64,000 nucleotides of DNA, taken from the NCBI GenBank assembly GCA_040954595.2, contig CM082587.2, positions 10,979,403 through 11,043,402 of the forward strand, given 5' to 3'. Of the stretch, positions 23,301 to 36,883 are shown in pieces. Made by a program: the position numbers and the translations under genes. The number at the start of each line of letters is the position of its first letter. The first letter of the stretch is position 1. The notes below the pieces were generated by a model, which was given only the letters and a program-made list of their open reading frames with translations, was not told the DNA's origin and ran no database searches. The DNA is from Balanoglossus misakiensis. Lineage: Eukaryota; Animalia; Hemichordata.

Positions 23301-25809
23301 GTATAGTCATTTTCTATGTATATATAAAATCTATGTTAAATAAAGAAAGTATTCTAGAACAATTTACATTCTTGCTTGGTATGATATAATTACAATTGAA
23401 CAATTTCATTGCTACATCATGGGGTATTCACTTCCGTGTGTACATTTGTTTGTTTGATCATATGCTATGCAATATTGAGTACATGTACATAATTCAACTG
23501 CCTTTAATACTGTGTGGTATAGTGTATATATTGGATTTTGTAAAAAGATACATCAAATACTGTATTTTGAACAACTTATTGTACTGGATGATTTTTTATT
23601 ACAGTAAAGATATTTGCCTGCATTATGAGAGTAATAGAAATAATTCAAATTGTACTTTTTATTCTGAAATAAGTTTCTTGATGTTTGGTATTCCATGTAA
23701 ATAACCAATTTTGAGTCAAGATAGTTATTTTATAACATGATTTGAAATTTTTGAAATTGTCATTTTTATTATCAAGCATGGTTTTTATCAAATAATTACA
23801 TATTTTCATTTTCTGTCAACTTAATATTCAAAACTGGACCTGTTGTTTGACTTCTTGAAACATGGTGAATTGTATGGGGTCACATACACACCATTAAGAT
23901 GGCTGTGAAGTGTCTCAGATCAGATATCTTACATAATCATGTGTGGACGGTGTATAGTGGTTCTGAAATGTCTCAGATTTGAGACGGCTTTGCCGGTCAG
24001 ACCTGAGCCGGTGTAAAGAATTAACACCACTCCGTAACCCAATGTCTATGGGACTAAGCCTCAGCGCCCTTAAGTGGGTTCACATCTGGGCCCTTGGCCG
24101 GGCACAACTAATCCCTATGATTGTGACAAGATAAGCTAATGTTTAGTCCTTGTTCACATTGTGTTTGGCACAGTCCTGGCCGGCGTTGTCTCGCCAACCT
24201 TTGACCTTATAAAGCAGAACCATGTTGGTACTCTTCTGGCTGTTTATTCGATTTTCGCCATTGTCAAACGATAGACTACACTGTTATGTCAAATGTAAAA
24301 GGTGTCAACTGGGACCAGAGTCGGACAAAATGTGTCCACACACACCGTGCCGAGACCAGAGTCGGACCAGAGTAGGATACAAACCACCCCATTCAACTGG
24401 GACCAAAATTGTCCGGACAAGGGTCGGCAAGACCTGTTCACACCTGTTTATTTGCTCGGCCACGGACCTTGCTAGGACAAGTTCCTAGCCTTTTTTGAGT
24501 ATTGTGAACAGCCCAATAAACTGTGTGTGTGTGCAGCGACTCAAAGGATTAATGCTCTGTGTTTACCAGTACAGTACTGTACTGGTGAACTATGCTTGTA
24601 TATCAACATACAAGATTGAACATTCAGATAAATAATATATGATGTCCACCCAGTTTTTCACTGTTAGCTAAACTTTTATCCATGTATTTGAATATATAGC
24701 CAGTGTTGCAAACTATTTAGACCACATGGATCTTGGCATGAGATCTCAGAGTGTAGTATTCCTTCATGTATAACTGTCATGTACACTGTTATTTGTCATA
24801 AGGAAACATACTTTGGTACAGTTAGTTCATTTCATATCACACACAAAATCACAACTTTACATACAGCAAAGGGGTATTTACTGACCCCTTTTTAGGTTAT
24901 GCACTGACATTATATTGCACAGTGAGTGACTTTATGAAGGTATTCTCTGTATTCTTGAATGATATCAAAAAGGGCAAACAAAAGCTACTTTGTCCCTTTA
25001 ACAAATGATCTGCAATTAAGGCTTGTAGACAATCAAGTTGTCAGATTATGTTTATTGACTATTTCTGTCAATGCTATGTCCCAATTTTCTAGAATTGTGC
25101 ACAACAAGAAAGGTCTTAAAGGATATGCTGAACTGTATTTTAAAAATCAAGTAGACTTTTTTCAAGGTCAGACTTGTTGTGTTGTATACTAGATATGTCC
25201 TCATAAAACATATATGTTCTTAAGTATTTGCCGTGTTAAATATGCACTGTATCGAATAAATCAATTTCACTACTCCTCTTTTTCAGAATTTAAACAGTGT
25301 CTGAACTTTTTATTTAGTTATTATTATACTTGGCCATTGTCAGCTGGATATCATAGCTTAAAATTGTGAACAATTCTAATTTGTGTTTTTAGTTTCTTGC
25401 AATAACAAAAATAAACCTCAACTGAAGTCAACCGTTTGTTTTACGTGCTTCAGACAAACCTGTAAGTTTAATCATTGCTTTTTAACAGAAGCCTTTTACT
25501 GTAGTCATTTCTTTATTTTAGTCTACATTATAGGTCGCTGACCACTTAAAACAAAATGTCCACGTCTCACTTTCGTGTCTCTCTGTACTCTGTACAATAT
25601 ATCTTGTTTGGTAGATTTTCCGGATACCGAGATAAAGGAAACTGGAAGGTCACACAAACATTTCTCAAATAATGTTGTCACATACTAGTACAGATCCAAA
25701 CCACAAAACATGTAAGCCCTCTTATTTTTAAGGATACTATTTGTTATAGGCAAAAGAAGGAGGTGAAGTATAAGAACGCATTATGTGTTTCAACATATCA
25801 AGATAATGA

Positions 25810-28800
25810 AAAGTAAAACGTCATCCCAAGGTTACCCAAAGAATTGTCACAAATTTGGTCCTATACTGGTCCCAGCTTTCCTTCTGCCACTATTGGTCAG
25901 CGTAAAATTTAATATGGTAAGGTGTCTGACAACATGAGTTGTTAAATCCCTCCAAATGCTAAGACCGTATCTGCCTTAGATGCCGAGTTTTGGAAAAGTA
26001 GGTCAAAGTTCACCCAAAATTTGGTCCAAAATATTTTGATGCCATACTGGTCCATGTCCAACTAAAACGAAACTGCTAGCTGTGTTGGTTAGCCTGTAAT
26101 TAGGTATGTACATAATTAATGAGGTTAAGAAGGTGTCACAGATTACCCCAACATTTGGCTTTTCATTTTTGTCCCATCCATCAAAAAGCCAAGGATGTAT
26201 TTCCTGTGGATGCCGAGATATGGGAAAGCAGGTTTAAGGTCAGCTCAGGTCACTCGAAATTTGGACAAAAGCTTGTGACCCCATACTGGTCCATGTTCAA
26301 CAAAAAACAGACCTCTAGTCCGTTTGATTGGCCTGGAATCAGGTATGCACATAATTAATCAGTCAAGCAAGTGTCACAGGTGACCCCAAAATTTGCCATT
26401 TAATTTTGATCTCATCCCTCGAAAGGACAAGGCTGTAGCTGCTGTTGGTGCCGAGATATGGTAAAGTAGGTTAAAGGTCACCCTAGGTCATCCAAAATTT
26501 CGGCAAAAACTTTTGAACACAGATTGGTCCATGTTCAACAAAAACACACCTCTTTGGTTCGCTTGGAATAATAATTAATAGGGTAAAGTGTGAGGCTCGG
26601 TCAGGTGTTCCATCCCTCCAAATGCTAAGCCTGTACCTGCAGTGGATGCAAAGATATAAGAAAGTAGGTTAAAGGTCACTGAGGTCACCCAACATTTGGG
26701 CAAAATTTTTTGACCCATGCTGGGCCATGTCCAACAAAAACCAAAACTCTAGCTCTATTGGTTCGCGTGTAATTAGGTATGTGCATATTTAATGAGGTCA
26801 GCAGGTGTCACAGATGAGCCAAAAATTTGGCTTTACATTTAGGTGTCCCATCCTGCCAAATGCCAAGGCTGTATCTGCTCTGGATGTTGAGATATGCGAA
26901 AGTAGGTCAAAGGTCACCAGAGGTCACCCAACATTTGGGCAAAAAATTTTGATCCCATACTGGTCCATGTCCAACAAAAACCAAACCTCTAGCTCTATTG
27001 GTTCGCCTGTAATTAGCTATGCACATAATTAATGAGGTAAGCAGAGGTCAAAGGGGTCATGGAAAGTAGCAAAATATTTTGATCACACACTTATCCACAT
27101 GCATCAAAAACCAAATATCTAGCCCTATAGGTTAGCCTGGAATTAGATATGCAGAAAAAATAACATGTGAAAAGTAGGTCAAAGGTCATGTGAAAAATCG
27201 CCAAAAATTTGTAACATATTTTAGTCACATGACGATTGATACCCATACAAAGAATTTCTATGCTATCAATTTTTAGACTAGAAAAAGGAATTTCAATTTT
27301 TTTTTATGCTTTTTACAAATTCCAATATGGCCGCCATAATCTTCGACCAATCACAATGTTCTTTGCAAACTTGATAGACATCAGTGTAGTGACCATACTC
27401 CCCGAATCTTGTGACTCAGTTATCGCCTGTTCTGGAGAAGAAGATTTTGGGAGTTTTACTATGGTTTTTCGAAAATCCAATATGGCCGCCATAATCTTCG
27501 ACCAATCACAATGATCTTCGCAAACTTGATAGACCTCAGTTAGGTGACCCCATACCCCAAACCGCGTGACTCCGTTATCGCCGGTTCTGCAGAAGAAGAT
27601 TTTTGAAATTTTGACCAGATTTCAGAAAAACAACTGTAGCAAAAAAACTGCAACATTGACAGCAAAATATCCAATTACAAAAATGATGGGCAGAAGGTAC
27701 ACTATCAGCACGCCAAATCTGAAGTCAATCTGACTTGTAGTTTCTGAGATCTGAGATTTGCATTTTTTCAGAAAATCCAATATGGCCGCCATGTCACGTG
27801 ACTAATTAAAAATTCACGGGTTCAATGCACGACTACTCATTGACCTTGACCACTGTAGCAAGTTTGAGAACTGTACCTGCAGCGGTGTCTGAGATCTAGA
27901 GCGATAAAAAATGGACAGGAGAATAAAGAAAGAAAGAAAGAAAGAAAGAAAAACCCCAACGAAACCAATAGGGCCCAAGCGCTTGCTTGCGCTTGGGCCC
28001 TAAAGAAAGAAAAACCCCAACGAAACCAATAGGGCCCAAGCGCAAGCAAGCGCTTGGGCCCTAATAAAGAATTAAAGCTGCGAGCAGCATTGTCGGGCCC
28101 AAGCGCTGATCTTGAATTATATATGCACAGTATGGATGAGAAGAAACAGAATTTTCTGTCGGATGTATTATCTCATGACATAACAAGGATGTGTGTATTT
28201 TTGCTGCTGAAATAGGGTGAAGTAGGTCAAAGGTCACCTGAGGTCACCCAACATTTGGGCAATTTTTTTTTACCCATACTGGTCCATGTCCAACAAAAAC
28301 CAAAACTCTAGCTCTATTGGTTCACCTGTAATTAGGTATGTGCATATTTAATGAGGTCAGCAGGTGTCACAGGTGACCCAAAAATTTGGCTTTACATTTT
28401 GGTCCAATCCTACCAAATGCCATGGCTGTATCTGCTCTGGATGCTGAGATATGAGAAAGTAGGTCAAAGGTCACCAGAGGTCACCCAACATTTGGGCAAA
28501 AAATTTTGATCCCATACTGGTCCATGTCCAACAAAAACAAAACCTCTAGCTCTATTGGTTCGCCTGTAATTAGCTATGTACATAATTAATGAGGTCAGCT
28601 GAGGTCAAAGGGGTCATGAAAATTAGCAAAAAATTTTGATCACACACTAATTCACATTCATCAAAAACCAAACGTCTAGCCCTATAGGTTAGCCTGGAAT
28701 TAGATATGCAGAAATAATAACGCGTGATAAGTAGGTCAAAGGTCATGTGAAAAATCGCAAAAAAATTGTAACATATTTTAGTCACATGACGATTGATATC

Positions 28801-31800
28801 CATGAAAAGAATTTGTATGCTATCAAATTTTAGACTAGAAAAAGGAATTTCAAATTTTCACTGCTTTTTACAAAATCCAATATGGCCGCCATAATCTTCG
28901 ACCAATCACAATGCTCTTTGCAAACTTGATAGACATCAGTGTAGTGACCATACTCCCCAAATCTTGCAACTCAGTCATGGCCCGTTCTGGAGAAGAAGAT
29001 TTTTGGAGTTTAACTATGGTTTTTCGTAAATCCAATATGGCCGCCATAATCTTCGACCAATCACAATGATCTTCGCAAACTTGATAGACACCAGTTAGGT
29101 GACCACATACCCCAAATCCCGTGTCTCGGTTATCACCAGTTCTGGAGAAGAAGATTTTTGAAATTTTGACCAGATTTCAGAAAAACAACTGTAGCAAAAA
29201 AACTGCAACATTGCCAGCAAAATATCCAATTACAAAAATGATGGGCAGAAGGTACACTACCTGCACACCAAATCTGAAGTCGATCTGACTTGTAGTTTTT
29301 GAGATCTGAGATTTACATTTTTTCAGAAAATCCAATATGGCCGCCAGGTCACGTGACTAATTACGTATTCACAAGTCACTGCACATCTACTCATTGACCT
29401 TGACCACTGTAGCAAGTTTGAGCAGTGTACCTGCAGTAGTTTCTGAGATTTAGTTGGCCGAAGAATTGACACAAGAAAAAAGAAAGAAAGAAAGAATTAA
29501 AGCTGCAAGCAGCATTGTCCGGGCCCAAGCTCTATTAACTGATCTGATTATTAGATATGCACGTAATTAATGAGTAGAAACATAATGCTGTGTTTTATCC
29601 CATGAAATATCAAGGTTATATCTATGTTTGGTGCTGATATAGTGTTAAGTAGGTCAAAGGTCACCCAGAGGTCACCCACAATTTGGGCAGAAAATTTTGA
29701 CCCATAGTGGTCCATGTCCAACAAAAAACAGACCTCTACCCCTTTTGGTTAGCCTGGAATTAGGTATGCACACAGATAATGAGTTAAGCAGGTGTCACAG
29801 ATGACCAAAAACTTTGGCTTTTCATTATGGCCCCATACCTCCAAACGCCAAGGCTGTATCTGCTGTGGATGCTGAGATTTGCGAAAGTAGGTCAAAGGTC
29901 ACCAGAGGTCACCCAACATTTGGGTAAAAAATTTTGACCCCATACTTGTCCTGTCCTACAAAAACAAAACCTCTAGGTCTATTGGTTCGCCTGTAATTAG
30001 CTATGCACATAATTAATGAGGTCAGCAGGGGTCAATGGGGTCATGAAAAGTAGCAAAATATTTTGATCACACACTAATCCACATACATGAAAAACCAAAC
30101 TTATAGCCCTATTGGTTAGCCTGGAATTAGATATGCAAAAAAATGATGCGTCAAAAGTAGGTCAAAGGTCATTGCTAAAATTACCAAAATATTTATAGCA
30201 CATTGTAGTCATATGATGATTCATATCCATAAAAAGAATTTCTGTGCTATCAATTTTTAGGCTAGAAAGGGAATTTTTACTTTTTATTCGTTTTTCACAA
30301 AATCCAATATGGCCGCCATAATCTTCGACCAATCACAATGCTCTTTGCAAACTTGATAGACATCTGTTTAATGACCACACACACCAAATCTTGTGACTCG
30401 GTTATCGCCGGTTCTTGAGAAGAAGATTTTTGAAATTTTACTAGGGTTTTTCGAAAATCCAATATGGCCGCCAAAATCTTCGACCAATCACAATGATCTT
30501 CGCAAACTTGATAGACATCAGTTAGGTGACCACATACACCAAACCCTGTGTCTCGGTTATCACCGGTTCTGGAGAAGAAGATTTTTGAAATTTAAGCCAG
30601 ATTTCAGAAAAAAAATTGTAGCAAAAAAACTGCAACATTGACAGCATAATTTCTATTTACAAAAATGATGGGCAGAATGAAATCTACCTGCACGCCAAAT
30701 TTGAAGTCGATCTGACTTGTAGTTTCTGAGATCTGAGATTTGCTTTTTTTCAGAAAATCCAAGATGGCCGCCAGGTCACGTGACTAATTAAAAATTCAAG
30801 GGTTCAATGCACGACTACTCATTGACCTTGACTACTGTAGCAAGTTTCAGAAGTGTACCTGCAGCGGTGTCTGAGATCTCGTGGGTCAAAGAATTGACAC
30901 AAGAATAAAGAAAGAAAGAAAGAAAGAAAGAAAAATTCCAACGAAACCAATACGGGCCCAAGCCTGGCTTGGCTTGGGCCCGTAAAAACCCCAACGAAAC
31001 CAATAGGGCCCAAGCGCAAGCAAGCGCTTGGGCCCTAAAGAAAGAAAGAAAGAAAGAAAGAAAGATTAAAGCTGCGAGCAGCATTGTCGGGCCCAAGCGC
31101 TGATCTTGAATTATATATGCACAGTATGAATGAGAAGAAACAGAATTTTCTATCAGATGTATTATCTCATGACATAACAAGGATGTGTGTATTTTTGCTG
31201 CTGAAATAGGGTGAAGTAGGTCAAAGGTCACCTGAGGTCACCCAACATTTGGGCAAAAAATTTTGAACCCATACTGGTCTATGTCCAACAAAAACCAAAA
31301 CTCTAGCTCTATTGGTTCGCGTGTAATTAGGTATGTGCATATTTAATGAGGTCAGCAGGTGTCACAGGTGACCCAAAAATGTGGCTTTACATTTTGGTCC
31401 CATCCTATCAAATGCCATGGCTGTATCTGCTCTGGATGCTGAGATATGCGAAAGTAGGTCAAAGGTCACCAGAGGTCACCCAACATTTGGGCAAAAAATT
31501 TTGATCCCATACTTGTCCATGTCCAACAAAAACCAAACCTCTAGCTCTATTGGTTCACCTGTAATTAGCTATGCACATAATTAATGAGGTCAGCAGAGGT
31601 CAAAGGGGTCATGAAAAGTAGCAAAATATTTTGATCACACACTAATCCACAAGCATCAAAAACCAAACGTCTAGCCCTATAGGTTAGCCTGGAATTAGAT
31701 ATGCAGAAATAATAACGCGTGATAAGTAGGTCAAAGGTCATGTGAAAAATCGCCAAAAAATTGTAACATATTTTAGTCACATGACGATTGATATCCATAA

Positions 31801-33543
31801 AAAGAATGTGTATGCTATCAATTTTTGGACTAGAAAACGGAATTTCAATTTTTCACTGCTTTTTACAAAATCCAATATGGCCGCCATAATCTTCAACCAA
31901 TCACAATGCTCTTTGCAAACTTGATAGACATCAGTGTAGTGACCATACTCCCCGAATCTTGCGACTCAGTCATCGCCCGTTCTGGAGAAGAAGATTTTTG
32001 GAGTTTAACTATGGTTTTTCGAAAATCCAATATGGCCGCCATAATCTTCGACCAATCACGATGATCTTCGCAAACTTGATAGACATCACTTAGGTGACCA
32101 CATACCCCAAACCCCGTGTCTCGGTTATCACTGGTTCTGGAGAAGAAGATTTTTGAAATTTAAGCCAGATTTCAGAAAAAAAATTGTAGCAAAAAAACTG
32201 CAACATTGACAGCAAAATTTCCAATTACAAAAATGATGGGCAGAAGGTAGTCTACCTGCATGCCAAATTTGAAGTCGATCTGACTTGTAGTTTCTGAGAT
32301 CTGAGATTTGAATTTTTTCAGAAAATCCAATATGGCCGCCAGGTCACGTGACTAATTAAGTATTCACAAGTCACTGCACATCTACTCATAGACCTTGACC
32401 ACTGTAGCAAGTTTGAGCAGTGTACCTGCAGTAGTTTCTGAGATTTAGTTGGCCGAAGAATTGACACAAGAATAAAGAAAGAAAGAAAGAAAGAAAGCAA
32501 GCAAGAAAGAAAAATTCCAACGAAACCAATAGGGCCCAAGCGCTTGCGTGCGCTTGGGCCCTAAAAAACCCCAACGAAACCAATAGGGCCCAAGCGCTTG
32601 CTTGCGCTTGGGCCCTAAAAATTCCAACGAAACCAATACGGGCCCAAGCCTGGCTTGGCTTGGGCCCGTAAAAATTCCAACGAAACCAATAGGGCCCAAG
32701 CGCTTGCTTGCGCTTGGGCCCTAAAAACCCCAACGAAACCAATAGGGCCCAAGCGCTTGCGCGCGCTTGGGCCCTAAAAATTCCAACGAAACCAATAGGG
32801 CCCAAGCGCTTGCGTGCGCTTGGGCCCTAAAGAAGGAAAGAAAGAAAGAAAGACTGAAAAACCCAAACGAAACCAATAGGGCCCAAGCGCTGGCTTGCGC
32901 TTGGGCCCTAAAAATTCCAACGAAACCAATAGGGCCCAAGCGCTTGCTTGCGCTTGGGCCCTAAAAACCCCAACGAAACCAATAGGGCCCAAGCGCTTGC
33001 GTGCGCTTGGGCCCTAAAAATTCCAACGAAACCAATAGGGCCCAAGCGCTGGTGTGCGCTTGGGCCCTAAAGAAAGACAGAAAAACCCCAACGAAACCAT
33101 TAGGGCCCAAGCGCTGGTATGCACTTGGGCCCTAAAAAAACCCAACGAAACCAATAGGGCCCAAGCGCTGGTATGTGCTTGGGCCCTAAAAAACCCCAAC
33201 GAAACCAATAGGGCCCAAGCGCTGGTATGGGCTTGGGCCCTAAAGAAAGAAAGACTGAAAAACCCCAACGAAACCAATACGGGCCCAAGCCTGGCTTGGC
33301 TTGGGCCTGTAAAAAAACCCAACGAAACCAATAGGGCCCAAGCGCTTGCGTGCGCTTGGGCCCTAAAAACCCCAACGAAACCAATACGGGCCCAAGCCTG
33401 GCTTGGCTTGGGCCCGTAAAAAAACCCAGCAAAACCAATAGGGCCCAAGCGCTGGTGTGCGCTTGGGCCCTAAAGAAAGAAAGAAAGAAAAACCCCAACA
33501 AAACCAATACGGGCCCAAGCCTGTCTTGGCTTGGGCCCGTAAT
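25810..33543 (+). mobile_element. Right array of DINE/HINE-like Helentron units
   Basis: Unit starts at 28071, 29496 and 31065 are near-identical to those at 8891, 7011 and 8891 respectively. Terminal hairpins at 27954-28064, 30935-31038 and 32513-33543. Confidence 0.8.
32513..33543 (+). repeat. Tandem array of 18 ~54-bp hairpin-containing element termini
   Basis: Unit ccaacgaaaccaaTAGGGCCCAAGCGC-loop-GCGCTTGGGCCCTAaaa, counted by eye. Four copies are the variant TACGGGCCCAAGCC..GGCTTGGGCCCGTA. Confidence 0.92.
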
Positions 33544-33730
33544 GAGTTTGAGTCCCGGGTTTGACTGCTCCAGCTAAAGCATATATACGTCAAATGAAAA
33601 ATACATGGAGGATTTGAATAGGGGATTTGACCTTTGACATCAAGCACTCTGAGTTCGTATGAGCTGAGGCGTAACCTTTGAGCCCAATAAAAGTACAACT
33701 AACTGTCTAAAAGAAACGAAATATCATGAG

Positions 33731-34145
33731 ACTCCCCAGTACAGCATGTGTATGACTGGTCCAGCCGTGTGTACACCCCTTTTACAGGGCTGTGTGAAAT
33801 ACGACTGGTCCAGCCGTGTGTACGTGCACACCTGTTACAGGGCTGTGTGAAATACGACTGGTCCAGCGTGTGTACGTACACCCCTGGTACAGGGCTGTGT
33901 GAAAAAGGGTATGACACAGGACTTTTTCTCACACATCTTATTCATAGCTTCACACATGCAAACTACATAGCTGTAAAATAAAGGTATGTGACAGAAGTGA
34001 TTTAAGCACACATGTAACATCATTTCTTTTTACATAGCTGGTACAGAGTCTGTGTGCCAACATAGCTGGTACACGGCTGTGTAAATCCATGTGACAGACA
34101 TGATAATAGTACAGGGCTGTAAGGGGTTTCCTGTGTACGTGTAGT
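33731..34145. repeat. Short degenerate tandem repeats (acagggctgtgtgaaatacgactggtccagc), possibly subterminal repeats of a small DNA transposon
   Basis: About 3 copies of ~55 bp at 33750-33905, plus decayed copies out to 34140. Confidence 0.55.
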
Positions 34146-35736
34146 CTAAAAATATAAATTTCATGATTTGTGAACTATTTGTACGAGTATTAGCAATGAT
34201 AGCAAATATGTCGTTAATGGAAAGACAGTACTTGTGGATTCAAGCGAAGATGGTGAATCAGGGCCGTGACAGGTTCATTACCACCCGTAACGTTATGTAT
34301 TTTTGTTATATGCATCAGTTATACGGTATCTTTTTCGGTTTTCTAAATCAAGATCACATGCTTACAGTATTAATAAAAACCGATGTCTCCAAACACGCAG
34401 GTACCAATCGCAGTGCAACCGTTGATATCTTACAGGTATCGAAATGGGCACATGGGTTTATGGGATGACAAATACTGCGACGTCAAACCAAAGGGCTTCG
34501 TCTGTGGAATTCCAGGTGCGCGGTGAATATAGTCATCAAATTAAAAATACACAAAGTTGGAACTCATGTTGTGATTTTATTGTTACATGGAGGCTAACGG
34601 ATCGACATTTTGCTTACACTAGAGACCACATAATAACAAGGGGAATTTGCATGATTTTTAATTTTTGAGTTTTCACTGAGTCCATATTGTTTTTATTTTT
34701 CGTCTTTCCAGATACGTACTGCTTAAGTCTTCAAATCAGAGGATAAATGTAAACATGATATAACCAGCACCAAGGCAATGACATGACGGTGATGATGTAA
34801 TAGAAAGACAAATCCATTCTCGATCTAGTACTGTTCATGATTCAACAATGAGTTCATTAAAATGTGCATGGCCGCCCGTAGTTATACAAATTAATACTTT
34901 TGCGCTGTTTGCTTAGTTGAGATGTATTGTGATCAACCCAATTGCTTACTCTTTATTGTGTGTATTTAAAGGGCCAGCGCCATGCCCATACCCACAACAC
35001 GTAAAATCACTCTTTCGATGGTGAAGTCGACGTCTGTTGCCGTCTAGAATCCCATATCGCCCAATACGTTTTAATAATTTTCAAGCAAAACTGCCGCGTG
35101 GGCGTGTACCTCAAAGCCAGTCCAGTCGTCATTTATCGCTCTTCCGAATTTCAAGCGACAGCTTATCTTAATTAATAGAATCATGAATTTGACTTGCATG
35201 TTCTGTTTAGCGTTTGTCTCACTACAGGCGACAAGGCTGCCAAGTGCGCATGCGTCATTCTCAGGCTTTGTCATAACCTTTCCGGCTACTTTGTGAACTT
35301 GGCAATATGGCTCCCAAAACTGCAAAGTCCAGTACATTGATTTTTCGACGCTTGGGGAGACTTATCAAGCAACATGTATGAAAACTCACTTTTATAGAAG
35401 AAAGGGCAACAAGAGTGTTGTCCTTACATTGTATGGCGGTACCCACGTCACAAGAAAACGTTTGTATTTTAATTCTCGATACCTCAGGATTTGTCTTTGC
35501 GCTAGGGGTGTCCTCTTATAAAACGGCAACGGGCCACTCTCGTCCTTTTCAGGAATAGCCAAGAATAAGCAAAGGTAAAGACGGCGCCACATTCTACATC
35601 TGATTTTAATCTGATTGATGTCAACGGTTACCGGACTGGTATATCCACATGGGCTGTCGACTAAAGGGTCGAGTAAACATTAAAAACCAAATATTGCAGG
35701 TGACCATTCACTGGTTATGGCATTTTTTATTTCTTT

Positions 35737-35895
35737 AGGGGCGGTTCAGTTTTTACGGTTGGAAGTGGGGGGGGGGGGGGGTCGGCAAGTTTGTGTCATC
35801 GGTTTTCAAAATCAAGCAGAACCCCCTTTCCCCCAGGACCAACAAATGATGACCCCCCCCCCCTTTGACGGGCAAAAAATACGAAGACCCCCGGA
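35737..35895 (+). mobile_element. Truncated Harbinger-like MITE (same family as 49977-50799)
   Basis: ggggcggttcagtttttacgg, then poly-G, then aagtttgtgtcatcggttttcaaaatc..atgatgaccccc matches the start of the 49977 copy. It breaks off at Gypsy sequence. Confidence 0.65.
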
Positions 35896-35919
35896 AAACA
35901 TCACACAGCCACTTGTGGA

Positions 35920-36451
35920 GTGAAAAAGCTTGTTGTCAAAGTACACCAGGCCAGAAGAGACTCGTCCATGAGAGGATTCAAAATTGGACCAGTGAACCTG
36001 AAGTTAGAGAGCACTGCCTTTCGAGAAAATATATATGTTGGCCCAATAGGAGACACCATGCTGCTGGGAGTAGACCAACTTCGATCCAAGCAGGTCATCC
36101 TCCACAAGCGAGAAAACTTCCTCCAGGTGGGAGAACAGCATGTCCCGTTGCTGCAAGGGGACCAGACCACTGTGGCACGTGGCTTACATATCAGTCGCTC
36201 CATGCACTATCCTGTCTCCGAACTCCGTGACCAGGGTGACAGGGACAATCGACATGGACATGCCCGACTACATAGTGGAACCAGTGAAACTAGGTGACGT
36301 CATTATGCCCCGGACATTCTGTAAAAAGGGGCAGCCCCCAATCATCTGTTTAGTAAACCTGACCGATGACAACGTTACCATACCGCCGGGAACAGTAGTG
36401 GCAACAGCAGTCGGAGGAAAGCTTCTTCTGACATTAACCAAAGACATTGAA
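35920..36451 (+). pseudogene. Gypsy pol 5' fragment (aspartic protease C-terminus and linker), frameshifted
   Basis: GPIGDTMLLGVDQL resembles the retropepsin ILG.D motif. The following frame CLVNLTDDNVTIPPGTVVATA..KDIE joins in frame to IATGTVN at 41524 once the DIRS is removed. Confidence 0.7.
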
Positions 36452-36883
36452 AATAAAAATTATACCACACCTTACTGTTACAGGATAATTGTGGTTATTC
36501 TCTCATCCTGAAGGAACGAACCGAATTGAAGTAGCTGTCTTCCCTTGACCTCGGCGTAGACACAGCCCTTTCAAAGAAATAACCTATGACCTATGACATG
36601 AATATTTAAATAATATCCCATATACACCTGCCTTACGGACGAGCAACCATCTTTAAAAGCCTGAAACTAAGAAAAGACAAACAGAAAACATAATTTTTGG
36701 GTGGGAGGTGGGAGCTACTTCAATTCGGTTCATTCCTCCAGGATGAGAGAATAACCACAATTATCCTGTAACAGTAAGATGTGGTATAATTTTTATTTAT
36801 TCTCACATCCTTCAGTCACTTCCCTCATTTCCATAGCTGATTTTAAAGACAAAGCACCTGAGAACAACAGGTAGTCAACTCAC

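Larger units (their letters stand above)
8891..28064 (+). mobile_element. Autonomous-type Helentron (Helitron2/endonuclease-bearing Helitron); boundaries tentative
   Basis: Contains the Rep-helicase-APE ORF. Downstream DNA grades through diverged subrepeats (25810-26680) into a unit ending in GGGCCCAAGCGC hairpins, which are complementary to the subterminal motif near 8917. Confidence 0.65.

Noticed and set aside
24145-24515. MITE with gttcaca/tgtgaac ends inside the Helentron
   Set aside because: The terminal match is too short and no target duplication is clear.
32513-33543. CRISPR array
   Set aside because: No unique spacers, no cas genes and a eukaryotic context. The unit equals the terminus of the adjacent transposon units.
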